Positions 1 through 8,872 of a DNA stretch of 64,000 bases are shown one piece after another; within the stretch, counting starts at the first letter, position 1; each line of letters begins with the position of its first letter. Source of the DNA: Thermoplasmatales archaeon (lineage in GTDB: Archaea > Thermoplasmatota > E2 > UBA202 > JdFR-43). Where the stretch lies: NCBI GenBank assembly GCA_014361245.1, contig JACIWB010000001.1, positions 4,622 through 68,621 on the forward strand, in the 5' to 3' direction. The notes beneath the pieces are model-generated. The model was not told the DNA's origin and did no database searches. It was given only the letters and a program-made list of their open reading frames with translations. The position numbers and the translations under genes are program-made.

Positions 1-129
1 TCTTCCCAATTTTAGCATATTTTTCTTGCATTTTCCAGAGCAGAAATAATAGGCTGTTCCGTCCTTCCTTATATACATTGTTCCTGTTCCAGGCTCAATG
101 TCATTCCCGCAGAATGAACATTTTTTTGC
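1..129 (-). CDS. rpl24e: Ribosomal protein L24e (N-terminal part; gene runs off the window start)
   Basis: Reverse complement of 1..129 translates to [44 protein letters not shown], the L24e zinc-ribbon signature (CSFCG...FCS.KC). It sits in the usual L7Ae-S28e-L24e order. Not in the ORF track because it is truncated by the window edge. Confidence 0.6.
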
Positions 130-131
130 CA

Positions 132-341
132 TTATTTCACGCTCAACCTCTTTGCTTCTCTCTCCGCTTCCCTGAGCATCAATATATCTCCTTTCCTTAC
201 AGGACCCATCACATTCCTCGTTATAACTCTGTTTTTATCCCTTCCTTCAAGAATTTTTACCCTAATCTGCAATACTTCCCCGCACATTCCCGTTCTTCCA
301 ATTATTTCCACAACCTCTGCTGGAATGCTTTCTTCAGGCAT
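132..341 (-). CDS. rps28e: Ribosomal protein S28e
   Basis: 69 aa: [56 protein letters not shown]. Typical S28e length and sequence, directly downstream of L7Ae. Confidence 0.85.
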   Translation of the reverse strand: MPEESIPAEVVEIIGRTGMCGEVLQIRVKILEGRDKNRVITRNVMGPVRKGDILMLREAEREAKRLSVK

Positions 342-342
342 C

Positions 343-708
343 TCATCCCTTTATTTCCTTTACTTTCTTAACAACTTCTTCAAAAATTTCTTTTGCATCT
401 CCTTCATTCACTATCGCAACAACAGAAGTCGCCACCAGCAGGCCAGCTGAGCGCCCCAGTTCTTCTTTAGAAGGGACATATGAATACAGCACATTTTTTT
501 CCTCGCAAAGATATGGCATATGGGCAAGTATTTCCTCGGGCGAAACATCTTTTGCCATTATAACAAGTTTTGCCTCCCCTCTTTCAACTGATTTTGTTAC
601 TTCATTTGCACCCTTCCTTATTTTCCCGCTATCCCTTGCTTTTTCAACCAGCTCATACAACTTTTTAGCTAATTCATCCGGTATTTCGAATTTTACATAG
701 ATTGGCAT
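343..708 (-). CDS. rpl7ae: Ribosomal protein L7Ae (K-turn RNA-binding protein)
   Basis: 121 aa with [28 protein letters not shown]...[23 protein letters not shown], the canonical L7Ae/L30e motif. Confidence 0.9.
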   Translation of the reverse strand: MPIYVKFEIPDELAKKLYELVEKARDSGKIRKGANEVTKSVERGEAKLVIMAKDVSPEEILAHMPYLCEEKNVLYSYVPSKEELGRSAGLLVATSVVAIVNEGDAKEIFEEVVKKVKEIKG

Positions 709-820
709 TTATATCGCCTCCTATCATAGGCATGAGAAATATTTTAGTTATATATAAACATAGTGGTAGCTGTTGCAGGCACTGTCAACTTAAGAAAAAT
801 ATAAAGTGAAAATGGTTTGA

Positions 821-1063
821 GGAAAAGATTGGAAAATAAAGGCACTGGCTATTCTTCTATATTTTGCTGGACTATCCTACAGAAAAACCAGCAAAATTCT
901 GAGAGATTTTGAAATATTTTCATATGAAGCAGTAAGACTGGGATTGAAATACAAGCATGAAACATTTGGAGAAAGAAATGCTATAGAAGGATGGTATAGT
1001 TTATTCAAGGCAAGAGTTAAAAGATTCTGGAAACGGTGGAGTGTGGCTTGGGCTTGTCTTTAA
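821..1063 (+). pseudogene. Fragment of an IS-element transposase (N-terminal HTH region only; no start codon, truncated)
   Basis: Frame translates to ...ALAILLYFAGLSYRKTSKILRDFEIFSYEAVRLGLKYKHETFGERNAIEGWYSLFKARVKRFWKRW. The pattern LxLYxxGLSYRKxSKIL is a typical HTH of archaeal IS transposases. No initiating Met. The surrounding 0.7 kb has no intact ORF. Confidence 0.3.
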
Positions 1064-1498
1064 AATCTGGAGGTGTTAGGTTGATAGTCCCTTTAAATTA
1101 ATCCGAATTGGCAGATATGAAAGAATTGCAAGAAATTTATTCTTTAACTATATTGCTATGAAGGAAATTTGTGTTATTGCGAATTGATATAACTTTCCAT
1201 AGAAAGCATATATTGCTCTCTTCATTTCATATTCTATTCCACAATAATTCTAATATCCTGCTTTTTTGAAATTTGGGCTCGAAGAGCTACAAAGCATATG
1301 GAAATTCTCCTGAAAATAGCATTCTCTCTTAGAATAATTTCATGCTTAAGAAGTGGAGAATAGCAAAAATTTCGATAAGATTTAATACTTATTCTCCATT
1401 TTAAATTCTCTAATTTAAAATAAATTTTTCCACTTGAAATGCAAAAATAGAAAAGTTTTTAAATAAAATAGATATTATTGTCTGACAAATGACGGACA

Positions 1499-1759
1499 AT
1501 GTCATACAAAGTCCGCCATTTAGGGGAGAAAATGGAAACAGAAAAAGTCACAGTAAGGCTGCCAAAATCTCAGATTGCGTTGATAGATACTCTAATTACT
1601 TTAGGTGAAGTTAGTTCAAGAAGTGAAGCAATAAAGAGAGCAATAAATCTTTTCCTAAGAGATATAAGCAAGGATGTTGAAGAAAGAAAGAAGATGTGGG
1701 AAAGTCTCAGGGATTTGCAAATATTGGCGGAAGAGGTGAGAAAATATGAGAAAAAATAA
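1499..1759 (+). CDS. Ribbon-helix-helix (CopG/RHH-like) DNA-binding protein
   Basis: KVTVRLPKSQIALIDTLITLGEVSSRSEAIKRAINLFL fits the beta-strand plus two helices RHH pattern; C-terminal coiled-coil tail. Same strand as ftsZ and 50 nt upstream of it. Confidence 0.5.
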   Translation: MSYKVRHLGEKMETEKVTVRLPKSQIALIDTLITLGEVSSRSEAIKRAINLFLRDISKDVEERKKMWESLRDLQILAEEVRKYEKK

Positions 1760-1760
1760 A

Positions 1761-1811
1761 GGAGGGGATGGGTTGCAACCAGCCTATATAAATAAAAAGG
1801 AGGGGATGTAA
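1761..1811 (+). other. SD-like GGAGGGGATG (x2) with mini-ORF MGCNQPI* (1768..1791) between the RHH gene and ftsZ; shares a ~30-nt motif with 24108..24140
   Basis: Seen directly: ggaggggatgggttgcaaccagcctat at 1761-1787. GGAGGGGATG occurs again at 1799-1808, followed by atg-taa-ATG(ftsZ). Confidence 0.4.
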
Positions 1812-2882
1812 ATGAAAAGCTTGATAGAAGATGCATTGAGGTTTGAAAGCGAAAAAAAAGAGATAGATAATGGGTTCGGAATACCCAAAATAGTGGTTAT
1901 AGGGGTAGGGGGAGCTGGCGGAAACACGATTAATAGATTACATAGGATAGGGATAAAGGGAGCGGAAATAGTAGCAATATATACAGATAAACAAGCGCTT
2001 GATGTAGTTGAAGCAGACAAAAAACTTGTCATAGGAAGAAACACAACCCGTGGCTTGGGAGCGGGTGGCTATCCAGATGTAGCAAGAAGAGCGGCAGAGG
2101 AAAGCAAAGATGAAATTGCCCAGATAATAGGCGAGCCAGACCTAGTTTTCATAACAGCGGGCATGGGCGGCGGCACTGGCACTGGCGCAAGCCCTTTGAT
2201 AGCGAAGATTGCAAAAAGAAATGGGGCGATTGTCGTTGGCATGGTATCTATTCCATTCAAGGTTGAGAGGGGAAGGATAGTCAGGGCTGAACAGGGACTG
2301 GAGGAACTGAGAAAGGAGTGCGATTCAGTGATAGTGCTTGATAACCAGAAATTGCTTGAATTTGTTCCTCATTTGCCCATAGATAAGGCATTTGGAGTAA
2401 TGGACCAGCTGATATCTGAGACAGTCAAGGGAATATCTGAAACCATAACACAGCCATCTCTGATAAACCTTGACTATGCGGATGTAAAAACAATCGTAAG
2501 CGGTGGGGATGTTGCGGCAATGTTCTGGGGAGAAGGGACAATAAGAGATGGTCCAGAAGCACTTGCACATGAAGCACTTCATCATCCATTGCTTGAAGTG
2601 GAAACTGCTGGAGCAAGGGGTTGCCTGATTCACATAACAGGAGGGCAGGATATGAGCCTTGAATTTGCAGAAAAGATAGCAGAATATATGACGAATGAAA
2701 TAGATCCATATGCGAATGTTATAATTGGTGCAAGAGTAAATACCGATTACAATGGAAGATGCAGGGTAATGGCAATAATGACAGGAGTAACTTCTCCATA
2801 CATTCTTTCTCCAAAAACAGACGAAGTAAGACTTGCAAGATGGGATAGCGGAAAAAGATTGGGCGTTGATATAATAGCCTAG
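1812..2882 (+). CDS. ftsZ: Cell division GTPase FtsZ
   Basis: [10 protein letters not shown] (GTP-binding N-terminus) and the tubulin/FtsZ signature GMGGGTGTG; 356 aa. Confidence 0.9.
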   Translation: MKSLIEDALRFESEKKEIDNGFGIPKIVVIGVGGAGGNTINRLHRIGIKGAEIVAIYTDKQALDVVEADKKLVIGRNTTRGLGAGGYPDVARRAAEESKDEIAQIIGEPDLVFITAGMGGGTGTGASPLIAKIAKRNGAIVVGMVSIPFKVERGRIVRAEQGLEELRKECDSVIVLDNQKLLEFVPHLPIDKAFGVMDQLISETVKGISETITQPSLINLDYADVKTIVSGGDVAAMFWGEGTIRDGPEALAHEALHHPLLEVETAGARGCLIHITGGQDMSLEFAEKIAEYMTNEIDPYANVIIGARVNTDYNGRCRVMAIMTGVTSPYILSPKTDEVRLARWDSGKRLGVDIIA

Positions 2883-4096
2883 TCTCCCTCTATCTCTATT
2901 TTCTCCCCGTTTACTGGGGTATATGTTTTATTATCTATTTCCTCTGCTATCAATTCTGGTTTTTCTGAATGAAAAATAACAACATTTTCTGGATTGCAAT
3001 CATTTATAAATTTAACAAGCTGGCTGTGGCTGGCGTGGGCTGAAAAATCGTAAAACTTTACCTGGCAATTCACCTTTCTAACAACCCCATAGAGGTCTAT
3101 TTCTTTATTATCAAGCAATCTTCTTCCATTTGTCCCTTCCACCTGGTAGCCGGTTATGAAAACAGCGGATTTTGGGTCATCCTTTATTTTATCTATATAC
3201 CAAAGCACAGGCCCACCATTCATCATTCCACTTGTTGTAATAACAATTCCCGCCTTTAGTGCCAATTTTTTTCCTTTATTTGAATAAACAAAATTGATTT
3301 TTTCAATTGCTTTCCTTAATTTTTGAGGAGATCTTATATATCTTCCATTATCCAGAAATATTTCAGATATCTGATAGCCCATCCCGTCCATCCATATCTC
3401 ATGCTCTTTATCCATAAGAACCATTGCAACTTCCTGCGTTCTCCCAACTGCAAATGCTGGAATTATTGCCTTTCCCCCTCTGTTTATTACATCCTCCACA
3501 TCATCAATAAATTTCTTTTCTAACTCCTTTCTATCAGGATGCTCCACACCTGCATATGTGCCTTCAATGAAAAGATTTCTGCATTTAACTGGCTTAACTC
3601 CATGAAGCAATTTTGTATCTATTGTATTTATATCACATGCAAAAAGAGTATCATTTATTTTTATCATTGTTGAGCCAGGTATATGGCCGGCGGGATATAA
3701 ATTTATTTCAATTTCATCATATATATCAATCTTATTTTCTACATCAAAAAAATTTTGATTTGCTATTTCAATATCATTTGCATCGTAAGGAAAAGGATAA
3801 CCGCTTGCATCCGCTATTTTTAATGTATCATAAAAAAGAATTTGAGAGAGTTCTCTTGTTAGTTTTGTGGAAAAAACCTTTGTATTATGTCTTCTACATA
3901 TCCACGGTATCATGCCAGAATGGTCGAGATGGGCATGAGATAGAATAACATATTTTGTAGGAGGGGATTCAATCGGGTAAATAGGAGGATTTTGAGGGGA
4001 GATGCCGTAGTCAATCAAAATTTTTTTATTTTCTATCTCTAAAAATATTCCAACTCTTCCTACTTCCCTACCTCCTCCCAAAAATGTGGCAATCAT
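2879..4096 (-). CDS. Metallo-beta-lactamase/beta-CASP family RNA-processing nuclease (archaeal CPSF/aCPSF2-like)
   Basis: HAHLDHSG (MBL motif HxHxDH) near the N-terminus; 405 aa; glycine-rich start MIATFLGGGREVG typical of beta-CASP RNases. Confidence 0.7.
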   Translation of the reverse strand: MIATFLGGGREVGRVGIFLEIENKKILIDYGISPQNPPIYPIESPPTKYVILSHAHLDHSGMIPWICRRHNTKVFSTKLTRELSQILFYDTLKIADASGYPFPYDANDIEIANQNFFDVENKIDIYDEIEINLYPAGHIPGSTMIKINDTLFACDINTIDTKLLHGVKPVKCRNLFIEGTYAGVEHPDRKELEKKFIDDVEDVINRGGKAIIPAFAVGRTQEVAMVLMDKEHEIWMDGMGYQISEIFLDNGRYIRSPQKLRKAIEKINFVYSNKGKKLALKAGIVITTSGMMNGGPVLWYIDKIKDDPKSAVFITGYQVEGTNGRRLLDNKEIDLYGVVRKVNCQVKFYDFSAHASHSQLVKFINDCNPENVVIFHSEKPELIAEEIDNKTYTPVNGEKIEIEGD

Positions 4097-4098
4097 TC

Positions 4099-4593
4099 TT
4101 ATTCAACTTTTTCTATTTTCATTCCTTTATATTCAAGTAGTTTCGATCTCTTAACAATACATCTCATCTGCACTGGTGATAGTGCCATCTCTTTTTCAAT
4201 TTCTCTGCTCAGCTCTCCCTTTTCTTTAACCCTTTCATAAATTCTCTTCTCAATTTCTCTAAACTTTTTATCATCCATAAGAACTATTGAAAATGTATCC
4301 TTTATATTTTCTATAGAAGTCATAACATTTATATGAAATGCATTATAAAAAGCATGATATTCTTTTCTCGCCTTTCCGTCTTCTGGCATTATCCATCTTG
4401 TTTCCACCATCTTAACTTTTTCAAAAAATTTTAATGTTTCCTTTCCTTCCTTCCCATATTTTTCCTCTATTTCTTCCATTGTTTTCCATTCATTAAAAAC
4501 TTCATTGAATACATTCCTTTTCACCTCTGTATCAAATGCTTTTGAAAGCCACGCCAAATCTGTAATATCATTAATTAGTTTCGCCTGCATCAT
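4099..4593 (-). CDS. Hypothetical protein, possibly a winged-helix transcriptional regulator
   Basis: 164 aa, charged, no TM; weak wHTH-like N-terminus. Separated by 30 nt from the EamA transporter gene on the same strand. Confidence 0.25.
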   Translation of the reverse strand: MMQAKLINDITDLAWLSKAFDTEVKRNVFNEVFNEWKTMEEIEEKYGKEGKETLKFFEKVKMVETRWIMPEDGKARKEYHAFYNAFHINVMTSIENIKDTFSIVLMDDKKFREIEKRIYERVKEKGELSREIEKEMALSPVQMRCIVKRSKLLEYKGMKIEKVE

Positions 4594-4621
4594 AAATATA
4601 ATGCAGATTTAGAATAAATTT

Positions 4622-5443
4622 TTATTGTTGCTGTGCAATCAATATGCCAGTTATTGCCACAAACCCAGCAAAAATAGTCAAAATTTTTATTTTTTCATCC
4701 AAGATAAGTCCTGAAAATATAACTGAAAAAAGAGGCATCATATAAGTAAAGAATGATAATTTAGAAACTTCGATTTTTTCCATGGCAGAATACCACAGAA
4801 TGTAGGCAAGTATGGTTGTAATTATTGCAAGGAAAAGCGAAATAGCAACACCTTCATAATCAATTTCTATTTTCTCCAGAAGCAGGCAGGGAGCAAGAAA
4901 AATTGTTCCAGAAAATGATGAAAAGGACAGGATATGAATCGCTTTGTATCCATTATTCAACAAATTTTTTGCAATTATTCCTCCTGCAGAATAACTTATT
5001 GCGGAAAATAATACAAGAAGATTGCCAAGCAGGCCGCCCCCTCCCTGCGGGGAGACAACAAAATAGGTGGCAGAGAGAGCAATTATTAAGCCCGCTATTT
5101 TCTGTTTTGTTATTTTTTCTTTAAGCAAAAGATAGGCTAAAATAAGAGTATATAATGGGCCTGTGCTCTGAATAAAGCCAGATATGTATGCATGGGTATA
5201 TTTTAGCCCGATGTTTTGGAGAACTGTTGGAAAAGTAACGCTGAACAATCCCAAAATTATAAAATCCTTTATTTTTATATTAAAAGGAAAAAGAAAGGGG
5301 ATTAAAATTAAACCTGCAATTCCATATCTTAGAAAAGCGAGCATTATTGGCGAAATGCTATTAAGAGCAATTTTTGTTATTGGGAATGATGCTCCCCAGA
5401 TTAAAGATGAAATTGTTGCATATAATGGTATTTTTTTGTCCAT
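4622..5443 (-). CDS. EamA/DMT-family (drug/metabolite) transporter
   Basis: 273 aa, about 10 TM helices, duplicated EamA-type halves with GxxxG-rich segments. Confidence 0.7.
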   Translation of the reverse strand: MDKKIPLYATISSLIWGASFPITKIALNSISPIMLAFLRYGIAGLILIPFLFPFNIKIKDFIILGLFSVTFPTVLQNIGLKYTHAYISGFIQSTGPLYTLILAYLLLKEKITKQKIAGLIIALSATYFVVSPQGGGGLLGNLLVLFSAISYSAGGIIAKNLLNNGYKAIHILSFSSFSGTIFLAPCLLLEKIEIDYEGVAISLFLAIITTILAYILWYSAMEKIEVSKLSFFTYMMPLFSVIFSGLILDEKIKILTIFAGFVAITGILIAQQQ

Positions 5444-5484
5444 GGGTAATATTTAAAGATTAAAAATATATCTTTTATATTGGT

Positions 5485-6612
5485 TTGTTTTATACATGTA
5501 TGGATGGAGAAGTAGTTTATTATTTCCTTTATGATATAGGAGCATTGCTGGATATAGAAAATGTTAGAAAGCTCGATAGCATTCTAAGAGAAAAACTTGA
5601 TATGAGCTTGATTGAAATTAAAAAATCCGCTCCAAAATATGTTAAATTTCCAAAATATCTTTGCTTTAAATTCGAAGATAGAGATGTTTTAACAAATAGA
5701 GGAAGAGTTCATTTGAGAACAAATATAAAACTATTCCCTGTGGGAGTAATTTCTTATGAAATCAGAATAGAATTCTCGGACAAGAGATTTGAATATCTCT
5801 CTTCCTATTATACAATTAAAATAATCGAAAATAACGATGAAATACCTATGGAGAGGTATATAGAGAAAATTCACAAGGAAGTGCTTCAGGCAGTAAAGGA
5901 AAACATAATAGAGCCTTACGGAATTGAAGTGGAGCCAGAAACACATACAATCTTCTGCATAAGAAAAATAAGCAGGGAAGAACTTAAAAAATTAAATCAA
6001 CGCAATATTGCTTCACTCCTTGCAAATGATAAAGAAATAAGAAAGTTGAGCGATGATATAATAAAGGACAGAACAAAATACAGCTATTCCTACTATCATG
6101 AGGATTTAATAGTTATAGACTGGGATTCTGCAATAATTGTTGAACCAAGTGGAAAATATGATGATATTTTATTTACAATAGAGCTGGCAAATCTTCAACT
6201 GCTTGAGTTGAGAACATATGATAAATATTTTGATACAATTTTAACAAAAGCTTATGATGATGTTGAAAAATTCTTTTCCCAGAGAAATATTTTTAAATCA
6301 CCAAGAAAAATAATAGAAGAGTTATCGAAAACAAAAATTGATTTGACAAGAGTTACTGATTATATATCAAACATATCAAAATTTTTTGGTGACTGGTATC
6401 TGGCAAGGATATACAGGATGGCAAGCGAAAGATTTTATCTTTCACAGTGGGAGGAAAGAGTAAATAGTAAGATGGAAATTTTAAATTCTTTATATCTTAT
6501 ACTAAATCAGGAAAACACAAACAAGAAGCTCTTCATATTAGAACTTTTAATTGTAATTTTCTTCCTGATAGATATAATATTGATTATTCTTTCAGACTAT
6601 CTCAAAATATAG
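5485..6612 (+). CDS. Hypothetical protein with single C-terminal TM helix (possibly DUF155/RMD1-like)
   Basis: 375 aa, soluble charged body, C-terminal hydrophobic anchor LFILELLIVIFFLIDIILIIL; segment LIVIDWDSAIIVEPSG. No recognisable catalytic motif. Confidence 0.3.
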   Translation: MFYTCMDGEVVYYFLYDIGALLDIENVRKLDSILREKLDMSLIEIKKSAPKYVKFPKYLCFKFEDRDVLTNRGRVHLRTNIKLFPVGVISYEIRIEFSDKRFEYLSSYYTIKIIENNDEIPMERYIEKIHKEVLQAVKENIIEPYGIEVEPETHTIFCIRKISREELKKLNQRNIASLLANDKEIRKLSDDIIKDRTKYSYSYYHEDLIVIDWDSAIIVEPSGKYDDILFTIELANLQLLELRTYDKYFDTILTKAYDDVEKFFSQRNIFKSPRKIIEELSKTKIDLTRVTDYISNISKFFGDWYLARIYRMASERFYLSQWEERVNSKMEILNSLYLILNQENTNKKLFILELLIVIFFLIDIILIILSDYLKI

Positions 6613-6884
6613 TTTCCACCTTCTATTTTTATTCCTTTACCGTTTATAATTGCATCCGCTATTTTAAAGCGGGCATTTTTCAAATCATTCCATAATGTTT
6701 TTTGAGAAACTCCCATTCTTGCGGCTGCTTCATGCTGTGTCAGGCCAAGATAATCAACAAGGCGAAAAGCCTCAAATTCTTCAACACGAATAACATTTGT
6801 CTCCCTATAAGGCATATTTGGCATAAAGTAGTTTGCATGCGGAAGCATGCCTACCCAGCGTCTGCACCTTCCTCTTCCTGGCAT
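6597..6884 (-). CDS. DUF134 (UPF0251) predicted DNA-binding protein
   Basis: Starts MPGRGRCRRW...; contains EEFEAFRLVDYLGLTQHEAAARMGVSQKTLWNDLKNARFKIADAI, the sigma-70 region-4-like HTH signature of DUF134. Family members typically neighbour NifX-like/MinD-ferredoxin clusters. Confidence 0.7.
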   Translation of the reverse strand: MPGRGRCRRWVGMLPHANYFMPNMPYRETNVIRVEEFEAFRLVDYLGLTQHEAAARMGVSQKTLWNDLKNARFKIADAIINGKGIKIEGGNYILR

Positions 6885-6951
6885 AAATTTATATGTAACT
6901 TTTATATAAAACTTTTGTAGAAAATTTTATATATTAAATGCTATATATTCC

Positions 6952-7245
6952 ATGGTGAGAAAAATGTGGGGATATGGATGGTACGGCTGGCCAAGATGGC
7001 CTGGAAGAGGACCCTTTAGCTATTTGCCTCCATGGCAGAGACCTGGATGGTTATTTGGAAGAGGAGCATGCTGGTGGCTATTCAATCCATGGTATAGCAC
7101 CACTTATTTGCCAACAAGCACTGCACCTTTGCCAATACAAATGACTAAAGAAGAGGAGCAAAGAATGTTGAAAAACGAGATTGCATTGCTTGAGAAGGAG
7201 ATAGAGAGAATAAGGAATAGACTAAAAGAGCTTGAAGGTAAATAA
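6952..7245 (+). CDS. Small Trp/Gly/Pro-rich protein with C-terminal coiled coil (DUF5320-like)
   Basis: N-terminus GYGWYGWPRWPGRGPFSYLPPWQRPGW, then KEEEQRMLKNEIALLEKEIERIRNRLKELEGK. The same EI..I.NRL.ELE tail ends the next gene (7264..7686). Confidence 0.45.
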   Translation: MVRKMWGYGWYGWPRWPGRGPFSYLPPWQRPGWLFGRGACWWLFNPWYSTTYLPTSTAPLPIQMTKEEEQRMLKNEIALLEKEIERIRNRLKELEGK

Positions 7246-7263
7246 AATCGCAAAGGCGAAAAC

Positions 7264-7686
7264 ATGAAAATACTAATAGCAACAAATGCTGGCGGATTGG
7301 AGGATAATGTATCGCCGGTGTTCGGGAGAAGCCCAACCTATACAATAGTTGAAGTAGAGGGTAAAGAAATAAAAAATGTCAGAGTTATTCCAAATCAGTT
7401 TGCATCCGCCATCCACGGCGCAGGCGTGCAAGCGGGACAGCTTGCTGTAAGTGAAGGGGCTAAAGTTGCTATTGCGGGAAATTTTGGTCCAAATGTAGCA
7501 AATATTCTTAGAAGCGCTGGGATTGAGATGGTAATCTTTAATGGAAAAGTAAGAGAAGCGATTGAAAATCATATCAAAAGGGGCGATGAGGGCACAGATA
7601 TTGCAATGCTTGAAGAAGAGATAAGCAGAATAGAAGAAATGCTTCAAGAAATAAAAAATAGGTTGAACGAGTTGGAGAAAAAATGA
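7264..7686 (+). CDS. NifX/NafY-like dinitrogenase FeMo-cofactor-binding domain protein with C-terminal coiled-coil tail
   Basis: MKILIATNAGGLEDNVSPVFGRSPTYTIVEV...AIAGNFGPNVANILRSAGIEMV matches the NifB/NifX C-terminal domain fold family. Tail EEEISRIEEMLQEIKNRLNELEKK. Confidence 0.7.
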   Translation: MKILIATNAGGLEDNVSPVFGRSPTYTIVEVEGKEIKNVRVIPNQFASAIHGAGVQAGQLAVSEGAKVAIAGNFGPNVANILRSAGIEMVIFNGKVREAIENHIKRGDEGTDIAMLEEEISRIEEMLQEIKNRLNELEKK

Positions 7687-8051
7687 AAATAGCTTTTCCA
7701 ACATTAGGAAATAGAGGGTTGGAGGAGCAAATAGGTGAGCATTTTGGAAGAGTTCCTACATATACAATTTTTGATTTGGATAATAATGAAATAAAAATTG
7801 TTCCAAATTCCAGCACCCATATGGGTGGTTTGCTTTCCCCTCCTGAAATTCTTGCAAGGGAAGGGGTTAAAATAATAATATGCAAGGGCTTAGGAAGAAA
7901 AGCAATTGAGAGGTTTAGAAGCAACGGAATAGAAGTTTATAGTGCTGGTGATGCTTTAAATGTTAAGGAAGCAATTGATGCTTTTAAAAAAGGAAATTTA
8001 AGGAAGATTTCATTTGAAGAAGCATGCCATGGGCGCTCTAACCATCATTAA
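7683..8051 (+). CDS. NifX/NafY-like FeMo-cofactor-binding domain protein (second paralog)
   Basis: MKIAFPTLGNRGLEEQIGEHFGRVPTYTIFDL...IIICKGLGRKAIERFRSNGIEVY. 4-nt ATGA overlap with the upstream gene. Confidence 0.7.
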   Translation: MKIAFPTLGNRGLEEQIGEHFGRVPTYTIFDLDNNEIKIVPNSSTHMGGLLSPPEILAREGVKIIICKGLGRKAIERFRSNGIEVYSAGDALNVKEAIDAFKKGNLRKISFEEACHGRSNHH

Positions 8052-8053
8052 AA

Positions 8054-8869
8054 ATGATTGTTGCAATAGCATCTGGAAAGGGAGGGACTGGTAAAACAAC
8101 CGTCGGAGTAAATTTTGCTGTGGCAAACAATGGAATAATTTATGATTGTGATGTAGAAGAACCAAATGCAAATATTTTTATTAAAGCGGATTTAAGAAGA
8201 ATTGAAGATGTTTTCTTGATGAATCCATATTTTGAATTAAATAAATGCAAATTCTGTAAAAAATGCGCGGATCTTTGTGAATATAATGCAATTGCTGTAT
8301 TGCCATCTGATATTTTATTTTTTAAAGAATTGTGCTCTGGATGTGGCAGATGTAAAATTGTTTGTCCGCATGAAGCTATTAGTGAAGATAAAAGAAAAAT
8401 AGGTGAAATTTATCATGGTAAAAACGGAATAGAGATATATCAAGGATTGCTCAATATAGGAGAGACAAGGGCAAGCCCTTTAATAAGAAAGGTTAAAGAA
8501 CATTTAAGGAAAGAAAATTTATCAGTGTTGGATGCTTCTCCCGGTAATGCATGCCCTACTATAGAAACAATTCAGGGGGCTGACTTTGTTATTCTTGTTA
8601 CTGAGCCAACTCCTTTTGGATTGCATGATTTGAAAATAGCTATTGAAAGGGTAAAAAAATTCAATATCCCTTTTGGTATAGTAATAAATAAATATGGTTT
8701 GGGAGATAAAAGTCTGGAAAAGTTTTGCAACGATGAAGGAATAGAAATTCTAATGAAAATTCCATATAGCATGGAAATAGCAAGAAAATATTCCAGAGGG
8801 ATGATATTAGTTGAAGAAAAAAGCTGGGAAAGGAAATTCAATGAGTTGTATGAAATAATAAAGAGGTGA
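8054..8869 (+). CDS. MinD/ParA-superfamily P-loop ATPase with inserted 2x[4Fe-4S] ferredoxin domain
   Basis: Walker [14 protein letters not shown]; CKFCKKCADLCEYNAI and CSGCGRCKIVCPHEAI (two CxxCxxCxxxCP motifs). Confidence 0.8.
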   Translation: MIVAIASGKGGTGKTTVGVNFAVANNGIIYDCDVEEPNANIFIKADLRRIEDVFLMNPYFELNKCKFCKKCADLCEYNAIAVLPSDILFFKELCSGCGRCKIVCPHEAISEDKRKIGEIYHGKNGIEIYQGLLNIGETRASPLIRKVKEHLRKENLSVLDASPGNACPTIETIQGADFVILVTEPTPFGLHDLKIAIERVKKFNIPFGIVINKYGLGDKSLEKFCNDEGIEILMKIPYSMEIARKYSRGMILVEEKSWERKFNELYEIIKR

Positions 8870-8872
8870 AGC

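Noticed and set aside
78-371. 97-aa + strand ORF overlapping rps28e/rpl7ae
   Set aside because: Antisense to two well-supported ribosomal protein genes; low-complexity Phe/Leu/Ser-rich translation typical of reverse-strand reading of AT-rich genes.
709-1498. C/D-box sRNA or other L7Ae-associated RNA next to rpl7ae
   Set aside because: No convincing C (RUGAUGA) / D (CUGA) box pairs with proper spacing; the region is better explained as a decayed IS.
2325-2709. Two minus-strand ORFs (102 and 94 aa) inside ftsZ
   Set aside because: Fully embedded antisense in a high-confidence gene; Cys/His/Leu-rich nonsense-like sequence.
7145-7924. Minus-strand ORFs (66, 143, 116 aa) across the NifX-like genes
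   Set aside because: Antisense to a tightly overlapping, motif-supported + strand operon.
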